64,000 nucleotides of DNA from Terriglobales bacterium (GTDB taxonomy: Bacteria; Acidobacteriota; Terriglobia; Terriglobales; Acidobacteriaceae). Location of the stretch: positions 5,075-69,074 of the forward strand of contig JANWKU010000021.1 of NCBI GenBank assembly GCA_025451215.1, in the 5' to 3' direction. A model generated the notes under the pieces. The model was given only the letters and a program-made list of their open reading frames with translations. It was not told the DNA's origin and ran no database searches. Below are positions 1-8,559 of the stretch, piece by piece. The position numbers were made by a program, and so were the translations under genes. Numbering within the stretch: the first letter of the stretch is position 1; each line of letters starts with the position of its first letter.

Positions 1-1
1 T

Positions 2-427
2 GCGAACCGCTGGTACCCTGTATTTCAGCGATATATCGACCAGATCGTCGGACGCGTGCAGGGCTTTGGCGGCAATCCTAATACGATTCCGCCTTCATCG
101 ACCGGAGAGGTGCCGGGACATCCGCTACCTCATCCTCATCCACATCCACATCCGAAACCGTGCGAACCTGAGAAAGAGAAGCGGCTGGAGTTTACGGGGA
201 AAGTGGTTGGACTGTTCCACGACCGATTCGGAGACTTCGAAGGGTTCTTATTAATGACGGAATGCGGGAAGGAGCGAGCATTTCGTACGCATGAACACCA
301 GATCGCAGCAATGATCACGAAGGCATGGGAGCAGCGGGCGGTGATTTCCGTGTATGTCGATCACGACCGACCGCATTGGCCAGCGACGATTCTGGTTCGG
401 CGAGCACCCGAGCCATTCCAACATTAA
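2..427 (+). CDS. hypothetical protein, 5' end outside the window; contains a (Pro-His)4 run
   Basis: Frame 2 is open from base 2 to TAA at 425-427, so the track ORF 56..427 begins at an internal GTG. No family recognised. Confidence 0.4.
   Translation, partial: ANRWYPVFQRYIDQIVGRVQGFGGNPNTIPPSSTGEVPGHPLPHPHPHPHPKPCEPEKEKRLEFTGKVVGLFHDRFGDFEGFLLMTECGKERAFRTHEHQIAAMITKAWEQRAVISVYVDHDRPHWPATILVRRAPEPFQH
128..154 (+). repeat. in-frame hexanucleotide repeat CCNCAT x4 (+CCG) encoding PHPHPHPHP
   Basis: Read directly: cct cat cct cat cca cat cca cat ccg. Confidence 0.85.
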
Positions 428-773
428 GGCAGAGCGTTCGGCCTTGAGCTCGAAGGGCAAGCACGATCGAAGGGGAATGGGCAGGACGTGTTGTGGACGC
501 CGCTTTACTTTCGTGCCCGCGACCACGATTCGACCGGTGAAACTCTTTTGTTCGCTGATCTGGTCATCCGGTCCCCCCCGCATAAAGCTTTGGGAAAACG
601 TACAGACCTCAAGAGTCGGCTTCAGTGAGAACTGGCATCTTAATGTTCTATGATTGGGGGAGGAAACTTCCTGAATAATAGCGCAGTTTCGGCGTGGGAC
701 GGCCTTTCGTGAAAGGCAATCTACTGCCTTTTCATCCTATGCCGATTCCGAAATTCGCGCAAAAGAGTGACCC

Positions 774-1121
774 TCAATTGATTGGTCGTTGAACGTCTCC
801 TTCCGTCGAATACGTAAAGGGGTCGGCCCCTGCAGCCGCGAAGTACATCTCCCAGAACCGCTTAACCCTCATCCAGGCCTGCGGCCTGAGCCCGGCGGTC
901 GATGCTCCACAGACATATATTCTGTAATCCTGCATGGGGACCAAGAGACCGTTTGCTTTTGCCCGTTCGAGCATCCGTTCGGGCCCTATTTCGAGCAATT
1001 GAGGCATCGGGAACTCTCGGGATTCATTCAACATGTCCGAAAAAATCCAGATCGTTTTCGGTGGCACGCTCAGTGGGCCGGAACTTGAAGATGATTCGAA
1101 GAACGCCTTCATGTGCCACAA
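774..1121 (-). CDS. hypothetical protein; may be the 3' part of a frameshifted gene together with ORF 1024..1305
   Basis: 115-aa ORF that overlaps a second minus-strand ORF (1024..1305) in another frame by about 100 nt. No family recognised. Confidence 0.3.
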   Translation of the reverse strand: MWHMKAFFESSSSSGPLSVPPKTIWIFSDMLNESREFPMPQLLEIGPERMLERAKANGLLVPMQDYRIYVCGASTAGLRPQAWMRVKRFWEMYFAAAGADPFTYSTEGDVQRPIN

Positions 1122-1196
1122 GCCCCCGAATATATCCGTGGCCGAGCTGATGTGCGGCGCGTCTCATCTTCGTACATTGCCGACATGAGCATTCGT

Positions 1197-1219
1197 AATC
1201 CGGGACAGACGGAACGGAC
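1197..1219. repeat. left copy of a REP/MITE-like inverted repeat (core GGGACAGACGGAAC)
   Basis: The 14-nt core at 1202-1215 is the perfect reverse complement of 1375-1388. Flanks extend the match imperfectly to about 23 nt. Confidence 0.7.
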
Positions 1220-1370
1220 TCCAATTCGTCCTTCCCAACCCACGAAATCGTCCATACAAATTGTTCGGGCGTTATCGAAATTCTGCGCTTGCTCGCGTCA
1301 CGCAAATGAGGGAAAAAGAATGCGACTAGAACTGACCAACCCCAATCGTCTTTGTGGCTTAGAATTAGGG

Positions 1371-1394
1371 TCAGTTCCGTCTGTCCCCGAATTT
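1371..1394. repeat. right copy of the REP/MITE-like inverted repeat (core GTTCCGTCTGTCCC)
   Basis: Reverse complement of 1197-1219 with one indel and two mismatches outside the 14-nt perfect core. Both copies translate as the SVPSVP peptide in spurious ORFs. Confidence 0.7.
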
Positions 1395-1467
1395 CCTCAA
1401 GATTTGGCTCCCGATGTCTCTGAATATTGGTCTTGCTGAAATTTAATCGTGTTGCTGAATGGAAAAG

Positions 1468-1497
1468 AAAAAGGCGCGGAGAGAGTCAGCGCCTTTT
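1468..1497. terminator. hairpin terminator-like element, orientation ambiguous
   Basis: Stem aaaaggcgc / gcgcctttt with an 11-nt loop. The T-run is longer when read on the minus strand (tttttctttt). Confidence 0.4.
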
Positions 1498-1664
1498 CAC
1501 TATCTATATTTATGCTAGCAAACTGGAACGGGCAAATGGGACATGCTCGCCAATTTTATAGTCTGCGTGGATTCAGGGAGTTAGTTGCGGAATGTGACTT
1601 TTGGACGTATTGACAGGAATTTGTAGAGTGCATCGGAAATAGCGCAATTGGCTGATTTGCTTAG

Positions 1665-1856
1665 ACCTCGACAGAGGAGCTGCGCTCGGATTCTCCGCAG
1701 GTTTCAGTGGATAGCAGCAATCGTCTTTCCGGCGCTCCGTACCAGTACGACGCAGCGGGCAATCTGCTCAATGACGGGAACCACAGTTGTCGGGAGTCGA
1801 CCAATCGAAGAAAAATTCCGAACGCGAGTCGTAAGAAGCGAAACATGCCCCTAACC
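1665..1856 (+). pseudogene. isolated fragment of a YD/RHS-repeat protein
   Basis: Frame 3 between stops reads ...VSVDSSNRLSGAPYQYDAAGNLLNDGNHS.... This matches the YD-repeat pattern (NRL ... YxYDxxGNLxxDG). There is no start codon and no RHS body upstream. Confidence 0.35.
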
Positions 1857-1950
1857 TAGCATCGATTCCCTATTCGCACCTGAAGACTAAACTCTTGTTC
1901 CGAAAGCAGATCAGAATTGTGGTGAACCACAACATCAAGTTTTGAGCATA

Positions 1951-1975
1951 AAAAGGGTGGCCGAAGCCACCCTTT
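1951..1975 (-). terminator. rho-independent terminator of the TonB-dependent receptor gene
   Basis: On the minus strand: GGGTGGC-TTCG-GCCACCC followed by TTTT, 23 nt after the stop codon at 1998. Confidence 0.7.
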
Positions 1976-1997
1976 GATTGTTTGCGACGATTCGCCT

Positions 1998-4900
1998 TTA
2001 GAAGTAGAACTTCACAGAAAAGGTGATCACGCGCTGACCGTTTTTGAAAGCTGGTTTGCCGGTCGTGGTTGCATTCTGGTTTGACGTCGCAATGGAGTGC
2101 TCCTGGACGTCGCACATTGCAGGGTTCGCGGCATCCAAGTTGCCGCCAATGCCGCTGTTTCCGCTGCAATTGGCTGCCCCTCCGTTGATCGCAGTAACCG
2201 GAATCTGCACATTTGTATTCTGTTGCAGATTGATCGTGTCGTCGCTACCGCCAGCCAGTCCAAACTGCGGCAATGGATGATTCAGGAAGTTCGTGGCCTG
2301 AACTCTGAATTGGAGCGACTTACTTTCGGTGACTTTAAAGGTCTTGTAGATACCCAAGTCACTGTCAAAGTAAGCAGGCGCGTGGATGTATGGCCAGTTG
2401 AACGATCCAAGTTGGCCAAACGCCGGCGTTCCAAAGCAATTGGGGTTGAAGTAAGCGCCCGAGGCGTGTTGCCGCGGATCACAAGTGATTGACGGAATCA
2501 TCGAAGCATAACCGCCGCCGTTTTGGGATGTGCCAAACCAGGTGGCTTGGTTCACGGAATTGGATCTCAAACCATTCGGCAAGAGAATGCTGTTGTTGGG
2601 CAGTTGGAAAGCCGGATTGGTAATACCGTTAACAGGAACGGTAAGGCCGTTGGCGTAGGTAAAGTTGAGGGCGCCACTCGCCTGGAGAGGCGCACCACTC
2701 TGGTAAGTTGTGTAGCCAGCGAGTTGCCATCCGTTGACCGCTCCTCCGAGGAACCGGTTGCCATGGACGAAGTTGGGCATAGTCCAAATGTAAGTGAAGT
2801 TTGCAATCTGCGTATGGTCGTATGCTAGAGGTCCATAGTTTGCTTTCAGGTCGAAGGGATTAACTACGGTCCCATTAGTTCCCGCATTATTTGTGTTTCC
2901 ATCGCGAATTCCCAACACCTTGCTGTAGGTGTAGTTCACCATGTAGTTGACGGGACCAGACTGCTTTTGCCATGCCATTTGCAGGGAGTTGTAATTGGCA
3001 TAGCTGCCATGGTTCAGGATGAAGATGTCCTGATAATTGGTGAGTCGGCGGTAGTTGTTTTCGTTGAAGGAGAGAGCATAGTTTTCGAAGACCGGAACCC
3101 CATTCGGTCCAATGGCTGTGCATCCGGTGTAATTGCTATTGTCAGTGCCGGTTTTGCCGCATGGCAAGCTCGACGTAGAAACAACCGCCTGCGAGCCGTT
3201 GAGCGTTTGCTTCGGATCCGGCAACCAGTAAGCTCCTGGGAAGTTGCTGTTAAAGTCGCTGAGCTTGCCGTTTCCGCCGTTGATGAGTTCGTTGCCGCTG
3301 TGGTTCCCGACGTAGGTGATTTCGAGAACTGAGCGCCAGGGCAGTTGCTGGGCAACTCCAATGTTCCAGTCATTCGTATAAGGAGTTTTGTTATCTCCCA
3401 TTTGGAATGCAGTGATCGAAGTATTGTTAGCACCCGTGGTAGCACCCGGCGTAAAACCGCTAATTGAGTCGTACCCTTGGATTCCGGTATCGGTAGCTGT
3501 AAAAGTGCCGGAAGCCAAGTTTGCCGCACCTGCGACGTCGTTCACGGAAACGTTATAGCGGAATGAGGCGAAACCACCGCGTATAACCGTCTTTCCGTTT
3601 CCAAACACATCATATGCGAGGCCTACTCGCGGTTCGTAGTTGAATAACGGTGACACCCAACCCGAGGACGGAATGTGGCTGTTGATCGAATGCCATTGCA
3701 GGCCTGGATTTATAACGGTCGGATCATTGGTGTACGTGGCTGGATTAAAAACAGCCATACCGTTTCCACCAATGTACCACTGCCCCTCGTGATCCAAACG
3801 CAAACCGTAGTTCAGGGTTAACTGGCGGTTCATCCTCCAAGAGTCTTGGCCGTAGATCGCGTACTGATGGTTCTTGATGGTATTCACAATATCCTGGCTG
3901 GGTTGCGTATAGTCGGCCCGTCCCAAGAACATGTCGGCTAGGTTGTTGCCAGTACCGTTAGCGCCGCCCAGCGCGAAGGTGCCGTTCGCACCACCACCCC
4001 ATCCGCTTTGCGATTGGATATTCTCGTCGGTGTCCCAGTATCCGCCAAACTTGAGCGTGTGCGACCCGACGACACGAGTGAAGTTGTCATAGACGGCTGG
4101 GGCTCTCTTGTCCGCTCCAAAACCGCCGCCGGGGAAAGACCCCTCAAGGTTCATATTGCCGATATCCGGAACTGAGCCACCCCAGGATGTTTCATTAGGT
4201 ATCTGGTCGACCTTAGCGCCGAAAATTCCAGGGATAGTCATGCCTAGCCCACTCCGGCTCACGGCCGCAGGATTGGCCAACTGGTTGGGTGCGTTGAAGC
4301 GCGTATATGTGAACACCGCTTCGTTGGTCGTGCTCGGACTGAACACGTGCGTGACATTGACCATGATCATCTGTGATTGCAGGTTCTGGTTCACGCTGGA
4401 TGGATACGGCAGCGTCCACGGTGGAGTCCACCAGATGCCTACCGGATGTTGGTCGGTTTCAATCTGGCGGCTGTACGATCCAGTCACCTTAGTGTTATCG
4501 CCGATCGCGTAATCAACCTTGCCAGTTGCTTCCCACCGGTTCTGGGGTGTAGTCGTCACAAATTGGTAGTTGTTCCAGCCGTTTCCGGCGTTGGGAGCAA
4601 CGTTTGCAGCTGGCATCAGCTTAGCAAAGATCGCCCCATTCGGATCCCATACCGACGTAGGAACGTTGGTCGCGCTAGCTCCCGTCGGAATGTGGTTATT
4701 CAGTGGGTTGTAGGCTGCACCCCACGAGCTCTGGAGTTGTGCCGCAAGAGTTTTGCCCGTGCTGACCACTGTTGTTCCCGGTACCCCATTGATCGTGGTA
4801 TTGCTGAAGTCGCCCTGAAGCTGTTCGACCGTAGGAACGTTGTAGTCAAGGATGTTGCCCGCCGGGTGCTGCCGCATGTACTCGTAGCCGCCCCAGAAGA

Positions 4901-5891
4901 ACAGTTTGTGATTGCCCTGGGCCAGTTTTGGAATCGGGCCACCAACGTTGCCACCTATGTAGTAGTAGCTCTCCGCCGGAGCAGCAACGGCCGCAGTGGT
5001 AGAGCCGTCGGCGATCTGGCTGTGCGTGAAAGCATCTATCCCATTCAGCGCGCTGTTGCGAGCGTATGTGTACAGTTCTCCGTGATAACTTGAGCCGCCG
5101 CTCTTGCTGAAGGCTTGGAAAATCACCGGGCCTTTGGCATATTCAGCGCTGTAGTTGGACGTCAGTACTTTGACTTCTCCCACCATGTCCTGATTGATGT
5201 TGGCCATCTGGCTGCCAGCATTTCCAGGATCCACAAGGTTCGCGCCATCGAGCATGTACGCCATTGCGCCGCTGGGCTGTGTACCATTGGCGGAGAAGGA
5301 GCCGACCGGACCACTCGCTGAGCTCACGACTTTATCGGAGAAGCCCGACCCCTGGGATGCGCCAGCCGCGAAAGCCATACCCGGCATGATCTTGAGCAGT
5401 TCACCAGCGTTGCGGTTGCCCATGGGGAAGGCATTCACCATGTCTTCCGATACGGTCGCACTGACCTCTGCGTTATCGGTTGGCACCGCAAGTGCATTAC
5501 CGGAAATTTCAACGGTTTCGGTCACCGTGCCGACTTGCAGCGCAATGTCAGGCAGACTGCGGTTATCGCCCTGTGAAAAGACGATCTCCGGGTGTTTCCA
5601 TTCCTTAAAGCCAGGGGCGGAAACGACCGCGGTATAGCTTCCCGGCTGAATAGCAGTAATCGAGAAATAGCCCGTTCCATTCGAAACAGTCGTGCGCACG
5701 TCGCCTGATTTCTCGTTCGTCAGCGTGACCTTGGCATTGGCGACTACGGCACCGGTGGAATCCAGCGTTGTTCCGGTAAGAGTTCCGGTCAATTGCTGGC
5801 CAAAACTCAGCGAGGAGATGGATACAAATGTGATCAAAACTGCGAGCAGGCTCGCCTTGATCCAAGCTACATGAGTAAGTCTGAATGTCAC
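1998..5891 (-). CDS. TonB-dependent receptor with an N-terminal carboxypeptidase-regulatory-like domain
   Basis: 1297-aa ORF with a signal peptide (..SISSLSFG/QQ). It has a CarboxypepD_reg-like segment (GTTLDSTGAVVANAKVTLTNEKSGDVRTTVSNGTGYFSITAIQPGSYTAVVSAPGF). A long Gly/Asn/Tyr-rich barrel follows, ending in the aromatic terminus VKFYF. Confidence 0.9.
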   Translation of the reverse strand: MTFRLTHVAWIKASLLAVLITFVSISSLSFGQQLTGTLTGTTLDSTGAVVANAKVTLTNEKSGDVRTTVSNGTGYFSITAIQPGSYTAVVSAPGFKEWKHPEIVFSQGDNRSLPDIALQVGTVTETVEISGNALAVPTDNAEVSATVSEDMVNAFPMGNRNAGELLKIMPGMAFAAGASQGSGFSDKVVSSASGPVGSFSANGTQPSGAMAYMLDGANLVDPGNAGSQMANINQDMVGEVKVLTSNYSAEYAKGPVIFQAFSKSGGSSYHGELYTYARNSALNGIDAFTHSQIADGSTTAAVAAPAESYYYIGGNVGGPIPKLAQGNHKLFFWGGYEYMRQHPAGNILDYNVPTVEQLQGDFSNTTINGVPGTTVVSTGKTLAAQLQSSWGAAYNPLNNHIPTGASATNVPTSVWDPNGAIFAKLMPAANVAPNAGNGWNNYQFVTTTPQNRWEATGKVDYAIGDNTKVTGSYSRQIETDQHPVGIWWTPPWTLPYPSSVNQNLQSQMIMVNVTHVFSPSTTNEAVFTYTRFNAPNQLANPAAVSRSGLGMTIPGIFGAKVDQIPNETSWGGSVPDIGNMNLEGSFPGGGFGADKRAPAVYDNFTRVVGSHTLKFGGYWDTDENIQSQSGWGGGANGTFALGGANGTGNNLADMFLGRADYTQPSQDIVNTIKNHQYAIYGQDSWRMNRQLTLNYGLRLDHEGQWYIGGNGMAVFNPATYTNDPTVINPGLQWHSINSHIPSSGWVSPLFNYEPRVGLAYDVFGNGKTVIRGGFASFRYNVSVNDVAGAANLASGTFTATDTGIQGYDSISGFTPGATTGANNTSITAFQMGDNKTPYTNDWNIGVAQQLPWRSVLEITYVGNHSGNELINGGNGKLSDFNSNFPGAYWLPDPKQTLNGSQAVVSTSSLPCGKTGTDNSNYTGCTAIGPNGVPVFENYALSFNENNYRRLTNYQDIFILNHGSYANYNSLQMAWQKQSGPVNYMVNYTYSKVLGIRDGNTNNAGTNGTVVNPFDLKANYGPLAYDHTQIANFTYIWTMPNFVHGNRFLGGAVNGWQLAGYTTYQSGAPLQASGALNFTYANGLTVPVNGITNPAFQLPNNSILLPNGLRSNSVNQATWFGTSQNGGGYASMIPSITCDPRQHASGAYFNPNCFGTPAFGQLGSFNWPYIHAPAYFDSDLGIYKTFKVTESKSLQFRVQATNFLNHPLPQFGLAGGSDDTINLQQNTNVQIPVTAINGGAANCSGNSGIGGNLDAANPAMCDVQEHSIATSNQNATTTGKPAFKNGQRVITFSVKFYF

Positions 5892-5996
5892 TGAAGAGTC
5901 TCCATTTCAGTTATATGCGCGGAATCTTTCCGCTTGGTTATCTACCTAACAACATGCTTGAGACTTGAACCCCAACCTAGAAAACGTATACATGGC

Positions 5997-6023
5997 GAAC
6001 TAGTAGTACAAAAATACTAGTTC
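5997..6023. promoter_or_regulatory. candidate operator: perfect 9-bp inverted repeat GAACTAGTA-N9-TACTAGTTC
   Basis: Read directly. It lies 106-132 nt upstream of the receptor start codon (5891) in the divergent intergenic region. Confidence 0.35.
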
Positions 6024-6250
6024 TTAAGGGGCGACACTTTTTAACGTGGGTCGTTGTCCCTTGTCAAGAAAAAAAATAATCAAGGCTCGGATAACGTTTA
6101 CCACCTGATCAGAAGCGGGGTTTCGATGGATTAAGAATAAGTCCCCCAGCGCCCGAAAAATCCAATTCGGCAGGTAGCCCAGCCCCGAGGATTCTTCGAT
6201 TTCAAGCCTGGTGGTGGTAGGATACCGCTAGGCATCAAGCTCAATCTGAA

Positions 6251-7432
6251 GTGTCTTCCGTGAACCTTAACTTTTGTCACAAAGTTGCCGCAACCTTCTT
6301 ATTTTGGCTTAAATCCATACGGTTTTTTAACTGGGCAGCGCCTGCAATATTTGTACTCGCGGTTTTGCATGGTGCCACAGGGCAGGTTGTCGCCCACGAT
6401 CCCACCGATCTGATGACCCAGGCCGCCGCCGCCAGGGAGCAAAATGACCTTCCCGAAGCCATCACTCTCTATTCCCAAGTAGTCGAGCGCACCCCTAATT
6501 CGCCTGACGCATGGTGGTTCCTTGGTTCCCTGCAATATGCGACGGGTGCCTATGTTCCAGCCCGAGACGCACTTTCCCATTATGTGGAGCTGACTCCAAA
6601 GGCCGGGCCGGCTTTAGCCTTGCGCGGATTGTGTGAATTTGAAACCGGACAATTCCCGGAGGCTTTGCAAGATATTCAGCGCGGGATTTCGATGGGCGCC
6701 GCAAATCAGCCGCGCAATGAACAGATTCTCCGCTATCACGAAGCCTTGCTGCTCACCCGACTGGGGAATTATGATCAGGCGCTGAAAGCCTATGGATACT
6801 TCGCGAAGAACGGCATCCGGAATCCAGACTTAATGGTGGCCATTGGCCTGGCCGGACTGCATACGCCCTTACTACCGCGAGACGTTGCGTCCGACCAGAA
6901 AGACATGCTTTCAGCCGCCGGCGAAGCCGCATTCGCGTTCCTGTCTGGCGATGAAACTTCGGCCGCGCAACGGTTTGAAGATTTTTTTCATCGTTTTCCG
7001 CAAGCCACGTATGCGCATTTTCTGTATGGCTACTTACTCTTTGCGACCGATCCGAATGGAGCTTTGGCGCAGTTCAAGCAGGAACTCACGGTTTCGCCAT
7101 CGAATGTGGATGCAGGAGTAATGACCGCATGGGCCCTTCTAGTGCAGAATCGGCCCGCAGATGCGCTCCCCTATGCTCAGATGGCAGTTGCGAAAGAACC
7201 CGGAAATCCTGCGGCACAACTTGTTGCGGGCAGGTCCCTTCTGGAGACTGGTGACGTGAACGACGGCATTGAACACCTGGAAGAACTGCTGAAAATGGAT
7301 CCAAAAAACCTGGATGCTCATATAGCTCTGGCGGGAGCCTATTCAAAGTCTGGTCGCAAGGATGATGCCCACCGTGAGAGAATGCTGTCCTTGCAGCTTA
7401 GTAATGAGAGTGCTGAAACCGTCAATCCTTAA
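6251..7432 (+). CDS. tetratricopeptide-repeat (TPR) protein, membrane-anchored or secreted
   Basis: 393-aa ORF with a GTG start and a hydrophobic N-terminus (AAPAIFVLAVLHGATG). Repeated Ala/Tyr/Leu-rich 34-aa TPR-like units, e.g. PDAWWFLGSLQYATGAYVPARDALSHYVELTP. Confidence 0.75.
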   Translation: MSSVNLNFCHKVAATFLFWLKSIRFFNWAAPAIFVLAVLHGATGQVVAHDPTDLMTQAAAAREQNDLPEAITLYSQVVERTPNSPDAWWFLGSLQYATGAYVPARDALSHYVELTPKAGPALALRGLCEFETGQFPEALQDIQRGISMGAANQPRNEQILRYHEALLLTRLGNYDQALKAYGYFAKNGIRNPDLMVAIGLAGLHTPLLPRDVASDQKDMLSAAGEAAFAFLSGDETSAAQRFEDFFHRFPQATYAHFLYGYLLFATDPNGALAQFKQELTVSPSNVDAGVMTAWALLVQNRPADALPYAQMAVAKEPGNPAAQLVAGRSLLETGDVNDGIEHLEELLKMDPKNLDAHIALAGAYSKSGRKDDAHRERMLSLQLSNESAETVNP

Positions 7433-8483
7433 ATTACCTCTGGCTTTGCTGGTGATTCTGATTGTCCACACTAGCGCCCGGAGCCAGTCATCGCATGAGA
7501 ATGCCGCGGCTTCGTGCGCAGGCTGCCATGCTGCCCAATCGCAAGAGCAACCGCACACGCCCATGGGCATGGGGCTGCAACTGCCCGCGGCCGATCCCCT
7601 GTTCACAGCCCACCCGGTATTGAAGATTCAGAAGGGCCCTTACACTTACACGGTAGAAACCAAAGGAAGCAGCAGCATTTATTCGGTCACCGATGGAACA
7701 AGAACCATTTCTCTGCCCATCCACTGGAGTTTTGGTAAAGGCGCCCAAACCTGGGTTTTGGACATGAATGGCGAACTTTACGAGAGCATGATGAGCTACT
7801 ATCCCTCGATCGATGGGTTGCAGGTCACCACAGGCGACGAAGTACTCGATCCGAAGACACTGGAAGAGGCGGTCGGCCGCAAACTTCGAAAAACCGAGCC
7901 AGCCGATTGTTTTGGATGCCATTCGACAAACGGCGTGGCGGAGGGCAACCTTCACCTTCAGACCATGGAGCCGGGCGTAACTTGCGAGCATTGCCACACA
8001 GGCTCTGTTGCGCACATGATCGCAGGACTGCAGGGACAAGGATACGAGACCGCGCCGCCAAATCTAGCAAAACTTACATCAGAGGATATGTCGAATTTTT
8101 GCGGCCGATGCCATCGCACATGGGCAACCGTGGTGCGTGGCGGAACGCGCGGGCCCATTGACGTCCGTTTTCAGCCCTATCGGCTGGCCAACAGCAAATG
8201 CTTTGACGGAGCGGACCCACGCATCAGTTGCGTTGCCTGCCATGACCCGCATAAGAGCCTTGCAACGTCACAGTCTTATTACGATACGAAATGTTTGGCG
8301 TGTCACGCGTTGAAAAATTCAGCTCCGCCAAAGGATGCTCCGAGTGATGCCAAGGCGTGTCCGGTGGCGACTTCGAATTGCGCAAGCTGCCATATGCCGG
8401 AAGTAAAGCTCCCGAATGGCTTGATGACATTCCATGATCACGAAATACGTGTCGTGAAACCTGGTTCATCTTATCCGAACTGA
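7404..8483 (+). CDS. seven-haem c-type cytochrome (multihaem cytochrome c family)
   Basis: Seven CxxCH motifs: CAGCH, CFGCH, CEHCH, CGRCH, CVACH, CLACH, CASCH. The ATG at 7404 gives the signal peptide MRVLKPSILKLPLALLVILIVHTSARS; the track start at 7362 would lie deeper inside the upstream gene. Confidence 0.85.
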   Translation: MRVLKPSILKLPLALLVILIVHTSARSQSSHENAAASCAGCHAAQSQEQPHTPMGMGLQLPAADPLFTAHPVLKIQKGPYTYTVETKGSSSIYSVTDGTRTISLPIHWSFGKGAQTWVLDMNGELYESMMSYYPSIDGLQVTTGDEVLDPKTLEEAVGRKLRKTEPADCFGCHSTNGVAEGNLHLQTMEPGVTCEHCHTGSVAHMIAGLQGQGYETAPPNLAKLTSEDMSNFCGRCHRTWATVVRGGTRGPIDVRFQPYRLANSKCFDGADPRISCVACHDPHKSLATSQSYYDTKCLACHALKNSAPPKDAPSDAKACPVATSNCASCHMPEVKLPNGLMTFHDHEIRVVKPGSSYPN

Positions 8484-8559
8484 TTTCGGGATTTTGTATT
8501 CACAACTGATGTACTTTATGCTCGACGGAAAAATATTAGCTTTGCGGGCCAAGACCAAC

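Noticed and set aside
1113-1439. 108-aa plus-strand ORF
   Set aside because: It spans both REP-like copies, has an unusual Arg/Ser/Pro-rich composition, and overlaps the minus-strand ORFs. It is probably spurious.
4377-5093. 238-aa plus-strand ORF, with many others of 60-170 aa, inside the TonB-dependent receptor gene
   Set aside because: It lies antisense to a 1297-aa ORF with clear family features. Its Arg/Val/Ala-rich composition is typical of shadow ORFs in GC-rich coding DNA.
7362-7403. Upstream extension of the cytochrome ORF (track start at 7362)
   Set aside because: The extension (MMPTVRECCPCSLV) precedes a perfect signal peptide that starts at the ATG at 7404 and lies deeper inside the upstream TPR gene. 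7404 is preferred, but the choice is not proven.
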